NCBI GenBank assembly: GCA_902782805.1
Contig: CACZON010000004.1
Coordinates: forward strand, 1 to 29,275
Length of the DNA stretch: 29,275 nt
Source of the DNA: Oscillospiraceae bacterium
GTDB lineage: Bacteria; Bacillota; Clostridia; Oscillospirales; Acutalibacteraceae
Direction of reading: 5' to 3'
Part shown: piece after piece, positions 25,752 through 29,275 of the stretch
Layout of the letters: every line of letters starts with the position of its first letter
Position numbering within the stretch: the first letter of the stretch is position 1
Made by a program: the position numbers and the translations under genes
Notes under the pieces: generated by a model
Databases searched by the model: none
What the model was told of the DNA's origin: nothing
What the model saw: the letters and a program-made list of their open reading frames with translations, nothing else

Positions 25752-26393
25752 TCACGATTCTTCCAGATCTTCCAGTGAAAGCGCCGCCTTCACGAGCTTT
25801 TCGAGGGTCAGAATCTCAAATTCCGGCTTTTCCGGCGTTTTTGTCGCCATGGTAAGGAAGTATTCGCCGACTTTGCGGCTATCAAAGAAAACGTCCTGCA
25901 TGGAAGCGGTATCTGCCGAGAGGATCCCGGCGAGCCCCTCGCCGCGGAGTTTCAGAAGCGCTTCCTTTTTTGTCCAGATCAGAACCGGATCCGCGCCGGC
26001 TTCGATCTGTGCTTTTTCTCCCTCGGAGTAATAGCGCTCAATGAGATTTCGGCGCATTCTGCGCGGTTTTTCAAGGTCGACTCCGACCGGCGAGCGATCG
26101 CAGGCAAACGCGAAGGCTCCCGCGGTATGGGCAAAATTGAAAAAGAGCGCGTTGCCGAGGAGGTACGGCTTTTGCTCGCGCGTTACGGCAAACTGCAGTT
26201 CCCGGTTGTCTCTCCCGAGCGCTGCCGCAAGGTACGCGCGCGTATAAACCGCGGGCAAAAGGCGCAGCGCGGCGGCTTCTTCGCCCTTCTGCCGGAGGAA
26301 GATCCGACGGCGATCGGGCGAGACTTTTTTGAGGAGCGCTTCGGCAAGCTCCTTCGGCAAAGGCTCCGTCAGCTGAAATAGCGTAAGATACAT
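25752..26393 (-). CDS. 4'-phosphopantetheinyl transferase (Sfp-type)
   Basis: QKPYL, FNFAHT, VGVDLEK, WTKKEALLKLRGEGL. Confidence 0.88.
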   Translation of the reverse strand: MYLTLFQLTEPLPKELAEALLKKVSPDRRRIFLRQKGEEAAALRLLPAVYTRAYLAAALGRDNRELQFAVTREQKPYLLGNALFFNFAHTAGAFAFACDRSPVGVDLEKPRRMRRNLIERYYSEGEKAQIEAGADPVLIWTKKEALLKLRGEGLAGILSADTASMQDVFFDSRKVGEYFLTMATKTPEKPEFEILTLEKLVKAALSLEDLEES

Positions 26394-26394
26394 C

Positions 26395-27273
26395 TTATTC
26401 CTCCGGGAAAAACCGTTTCATATCCTCCGGCAGCGGACATTCGATTGAAAGCTCTTTGCCGGAAACGGGATGGCACATCGAAAGCCGGGCACTGTGGAGC
26501 GCCGGGCGCGTGATCTCGGGCGATTCCTGCCCGTAGAGCCAATCGCCGAGGAGCGGATGGCCGATCGCGGAAAGATGGACGCGCAGCTGATGCGTCCGGC
26601 CGCTGAGCGGCTTAAGGCGAACAAGCGAAAGGCCGTTTTTCTCCGATAATACTTCGTACTGCGTCAAAGCCGGTTTTCCGCTTTCGGAAACGATCCGCCG
26701 CAGGCCCTCGCCGCGCGCGATCGGAAGCTCTATTTTTCCGTTTTTCTCCGGAAAGCTCCCCCGGGCAATCGCAAGATATTCGCGCGCAAAACTGCCCGTA
26801 TGCTGGGCTTTTCGCAGCGCTTCGTGGGCATAGGCGTTTTTCGCGAGGACGATAATCCCGCTCGTTCCGCGGTCGAGCCGGCTGACGAAATGGATCACCG
26901 CGTCGGCGCCGAGGTATCCGGCGGCGGCGTTCGCGAGCGCCGCTTCCCGCCCGCCTTCTTTCGAAGCGTAAACCGCCATCCCGGCCGGTTTGTTGAGGAT
27001 CAGCAGATCCTGATCCTCAAAAAGGACGTCGAGCGGAAGATACGCCGGCGCAAAGTGAGCGGCGGTTTCTTTTTCCGCAATTTCGATCGTAAGCCGGTCG
27101 CCCTCCCGAACGCGCGCGGTCGTAAAGACCGGTTCGCCGTTGAGAAGGATCCCTCTTTCACGCTTTTTGGCGCGCGTGATCGCTCCGGCAGAAACCTTCA
27201 TGCTGCCGCGCAGGATCTCCCGAACGCTTTTCCCGCCGAGCCCGGGCGGGATTTCGATCGTTAACTCTCTCAT
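26395..27273 (-). CDS. RluA family pseudouridine synthase
   Basis: N-terminal S4-like region; LILNKPAGM; HFVSRLDRGTSG (catalytic Asp); GRTHQLRVHL; HPLLGDWLYG. Confidence 0.94.
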   Translation of the reverse strand: MRELTIEIPPGLGGKSVREILRGSMKVSAGAITRAKKRERGILLNGEPVFTTARVREGDRLTIEIAEKETAAHFAPAYLPLDVLFEDQDLLILNKPAGMAVYASKEGGREAALANAAAGYLGADAVIHFVSRLDRGTSGIIVLAKNAYAHEALRKAQHTGSFAREYLAIARGSFPEKNGKIELPIARGEGLRRIVSESGKPALTQYEVLSEKNGLSLVRLKPLSGRTHQLRVHLSAIGHPLLGDWLYGQESPEITRPALHSARLSMCHPVSGKELSIECPLPEDMKRFFPEE

Positions 27274-27324
27274 GATGAATCTCCGGGATAAAAAAATCTG
27301 CAGGCGGTTTCCCGGCTGCAGATC

Positions 27325-27486
27325 TCAATGATTTTGCTGGTCTTTCTTCAGAAGCTCGTAAAACTCCCGCTCTTCTTCGGGCGTGGCCGGGCGGAGATTG
27401 GTCTTCCCGCAAACCGGGCACCGAAGAACTTCCCCTTCCCGAGAAAAGAGGAACCCGCAGTCTTTATTCTCGCATTTGTAAACCAT
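27325..27486 (-). CDS. Zn-ribbon microprotein (53 aa)
   Basis: MVYKCENKDCGFLFSREGEVLRCPVCGKTNLRPATPEEEREF: Cx4C...CPxC followed by a helix; start moved to ATG 27486. Confidence 0.7.
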   Translation of the reverse strand: MVYKCENKDCGFLFSREGEVLRCPVCGKTNLRPATPEEEREFYELLKKDQQNH

Positions 27487-27525
27487 TGGGGAACATCTGC
27501 TTTCTTTCGGAATTTTACAAAACTG

Positions 27526-27554
27526 ATTATACTCTTGAAAAATCAAAAGTTCAA
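27526..27554 (-). promoter_or_regulatory. sigma-A-type promoter upstream of the Zn-ribbon gene
   Basis: Minus strand TTGAAC-17 nt-TATAAT. Confidence 0.7.
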
Positions 27555-27663
27555 GCCTTTTTTCGTATTTTTACTTGATTATTTGCAAAATTCAGTCTTC
27601 TTTTTTCAGTTCCTTGCCCACTTTTGCAGTTTTTTCAGCTTTTTTCGGATAGGTCGTGCGATC

Positions 27664-28404
27664 TTATTGCGGAATTTCCGCTTCGAGCGCCGCGGCGATT
27701 GCCGCGATATCGTCGTTGATCTCGAGCGCCGCGTACTCGCTGTAAGGCGTTTTCGTCTTGTTGAGCAGTACGAGATTCTCGCCGCCGAAATAGCGGATAT
27801 AGGAAGCCGCGGGATAAACCGCGAGAGAAGTTCCGATCACAAGCATCAGATCCGCGCCGGAGATCCGTTTGATTGCGCCCATCACGACCTTATCGTCGAG
27901 CGGCTCCTCGTACAGGACGACGTCCGGCTTGATGATCGCGCCGTCGAGCGGACAGCGCGGAACCCCCTGTTGGGCCATGATCTCGGAGAGCGAATAGAAT
28001 TTGCCGCACTTCGTGCAGTAGTTGCGGTGAACCGAACCGTGAAGCTCATAGACCTCGCGGTTGCCCGCGAGCTGATGAAGCCCGTCGATATTCTGGGTGA
28101 CGACGAAGACGTCCTTCCCTTGTTCCGAAAGCGATGCAAAATAGCGGTGGGCGATATTCGGCCGGGCTTCGGGGAAAATCATTTTCGTTTTGTAAAACTC
28201 GTAGAACATCTCCGGATGCTTTACGAAAAAGCTGTGGGAGATAATCTCCTCCGGTGTATACCTTCCCGCGCCTCCCTGGCGGTAAAGCCCGTTTTCCGAA
28301 CGGAAATCCGGAATCCCCGAGGGCGTGCTGATCCCGGCGCCGGTAAAGACGCAGATCGTTTTTGCCTGTTCGATCATTTCGCGAAGACGCGCGATTTTAT
28401 CCAT
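27664..28404 (-). CDS. cobB: NAD-dependent protein deacylase (Sir2/CobB family)
   Basis: Start moved to MDKIARLREM (RBS GGCGGGAG). GAGISTPSGIPDFRS, TQNIDGLH, LHGS, KPDVVLYEE, GTSLAVYPAA. Confidence 0.94.
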   Translation of the reverse strand: MDKIARLREMIEQAKTICVFTGAGISTPSGIPDFRSENGLYRQGGAGRYTPEEIISHSFFVKHPEMFYEFYKTKMIFPEARPNIAHRYFASLSEQGKDVFVVTQNIDGLHQLAGNREVYELHGSVHRNYCTKCGKFYSLSEIMAQQGVPRCPLDGAIIKPDVVLYEEPLDDKVVMGAIKRISGADLMLVIGTSLAVYPAASYIRYFGGENLVLLNKTKTPYSEYAALEINDDIAAIAAALEAEIPQ

Positions 28405-28436
28405 GTTCTCCCGCCTTTCGTATTCTCTCTGTAACG

Positions 28437-28465
28437 ATTGTAGCATATTGCGGAGCTTAAGACAA
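28437..28465 (-). promoter_or_regulatory. sigma-A-type promoter for the sirtuin gene
   Basis: Minus strand TTGTCT-17 nt-TACAAT with extended -10 TG. Confidence 0.6.
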
Positions 28466-28467
28466 TT

Positions 28468-28494
28468 CTTCCCGGAAAATTCATTTCCGGGAAG
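28468..28494. terminator. Hairpin after cbiO
   Basis: CTTCCCGGAAA-ATTCA-TTTCCGGGAAG perfect 11-bp stem; the T-run is on the + strand side. Confidence 0.55.
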
Positions 28495-28498
28495 CTTT

Positions 28499-29221
28499 TT
28501 ATCGTTCGTTTATATAGCTCAAGGGCAATTCCATCCGGTTTCGTTCGAGCAGCTCGCGGTTGCGGAGAATTTCTCCGGCGGGACCGTCGGCTACAAGTTT
28601 TCCGCCGGAGAGCAGGATCACGCGGCTGCAGGTTTCCGCGATCATATCGAGATCGTGGGAAGTGATCAGCTTCGTCTGCGGAAGTTCGCGGACCGTGCGG
28701 ATCACAACGCGCCGGTTATAGGGGTCGAGCGCGGAGGTAGGCTCGTCCATCAGAATTGCCTCCGGTTCCATCGCGAGCACGGTTGCGATCGCCGCCATGC
28801 GCTTTTCGCCGCCGGAGATCTTATGGTTATGGCGGTATTTCAGATCGGTGAGGGCGAGTTTTTCGAGCACATCGTCCACCTTCTTTTCCGCTTCTTCGCG
28901 CGAAAAGCCGTAGTTGAGCGGGGCAAAGATCATATCCTCGTAGACGGTCGGCATGAACATCTGGTTGTCCGAATTCTGCAGAACGAAACCGAGCTTGCGC
29001 CGAATCGCGGCCAGATTCTTCTTTTGAACCTCAAGGTCGTCGATAAAGATCTCTCCCTCGCCGAAGACGAGGCCCAGAAGGAGCTTCATCACAGTCGATT
29101 TTCCGGCGCCGTTGGCGCCGATCAACCCGACCGATTCGCCGGATTCGATTTTGAAAGATAGATTTTCGATCACCGGAATCCCTTTTTCATACGAAAAGCT
29201 GACGTTGCGAAATTCGATCAT
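28499..29221 (-). CDS. cbiO: ECF (Co/Ni-type) transporter ATP-binding protein, CbiO family
   Basis: Start moved to MIEFRNVSFSY (RBS GAGGTGAGG). GANGAGKST, LQNSDNQMF, ISGGEKR, LMDEPTSALDP, TSHDLD. Confidence 0.88.
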   Translation of the reverse strand: MIEFRNVSFSYEKGIPVIENLSFKIESGESVGLIGANGAGKSTVMKLLLGLVFGEGEIFIDDLEVQKKNLAAIRRKLGFVLQNSDNQMFMPTVYEDMIFAPLNYGFSREEAEKKVDDVLEKLALTDLKYRHNHKISGGEKRMAAIATVLAMEPEAILMDEPTSALDPYNRRVVIRTVRELPQTKLITSHDLDMIAETCSRVILLSGGKLVADGPAGEILRNRELLERNRMELPLSYINER

Positions 29222-29229
29222 GATTTTCC

Positions 29230-29275
29230 TCACCTCACAAACAGATTTCCCAGAAGCTGCGCTATGTTGACAAAC
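29230..29275 (-). CDS. 3' end of an upstream gene, probably the ECF T component (CbiQ)
   Basis: Open frame FVNIAQLLGNLFVR-stop enters from the right edge and overlaps the cbiO RBS; identity inferred from position only. Confidence 0.45.
   Translation of the reverse strand, partial: FVNIAQLLGNLFVR

Noticed and set aside
601-29161. Many long + strand ORFs in the track (e.g. 1695-2441, 3803-4663, 5659-6558, 7665-8549, 13431-14348, 27328-28434, 28325-29161)
   Set aside because: They are antisense shadows of well-supported minus-strand genes in GC-rich DNA, with Arg/Leu-rich low-information sequence, no motifs and no RBS.
1-29275. CRISPR array, tRNA/rRNA, IS, integrase or prophage genes explaining the accessory block
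   Set aside because: No regularly spaced repeats, cloverleaf, transposase/recombinase motifs or flanking direct repeats were found by eye.

Overview
GC-rich (~55-60%) chromosomal segment whose gene content and order resemble Clostridia (Oscillospiraceae/Ruminococcaceae-like; inference from synteny). Every real gene but one lies on the minus strand. Left part (1-11 kb) is housekeeping: mutS (partial), a YlbF/YmcA-family protein, miaB, a GNAT, a small hypothetical, an mreB paralogue, comF, recD2, a hypothetical, luxS and metK. metK-luxS sits under a SAM-I riboswitch, back-to-back with an FMN riboswitch controlling an ECF S component (ribU-like, the only + strand gene); a stand-alone homocysteine S-methyltransferase domain follows. 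The middle (13.4-24.7 kb) is accessory and holds the two best candidates for undescribed systems. (i) A seven-gene operon: small Cys-rich protein, THREE tandem membrane-fusion/adaptor proteins, one 942-aa FtsX/MacB-type permease and TWO different ATPases, the last ending in an AbrB/SpoVT-like DNA-binding domain. (ii) An operon of three diverged membrane-anchored paralogues of unknown family, all ending in P-x-x-F-A-L-D-Y; the first has a 1-nt frameshift in an A-run right after its start codon, lower GC, and a palindrome-rich upstream region. The right part is housekeeping again: ogt, YgjP/M48-like hydrolase, Sfp-type PPTase, RluA pseudouridine synthase, a Zn-ribbon microprotein, a sirtuin, and cbiO/cbiQ-type ECF genes. 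No tRNA, rRNA, CRISPR array, transposase or integrase was seen. All family assignments come from motif recognition by eye, with no database search; several starts were moved from the ORF track to the codon that has an RBS.
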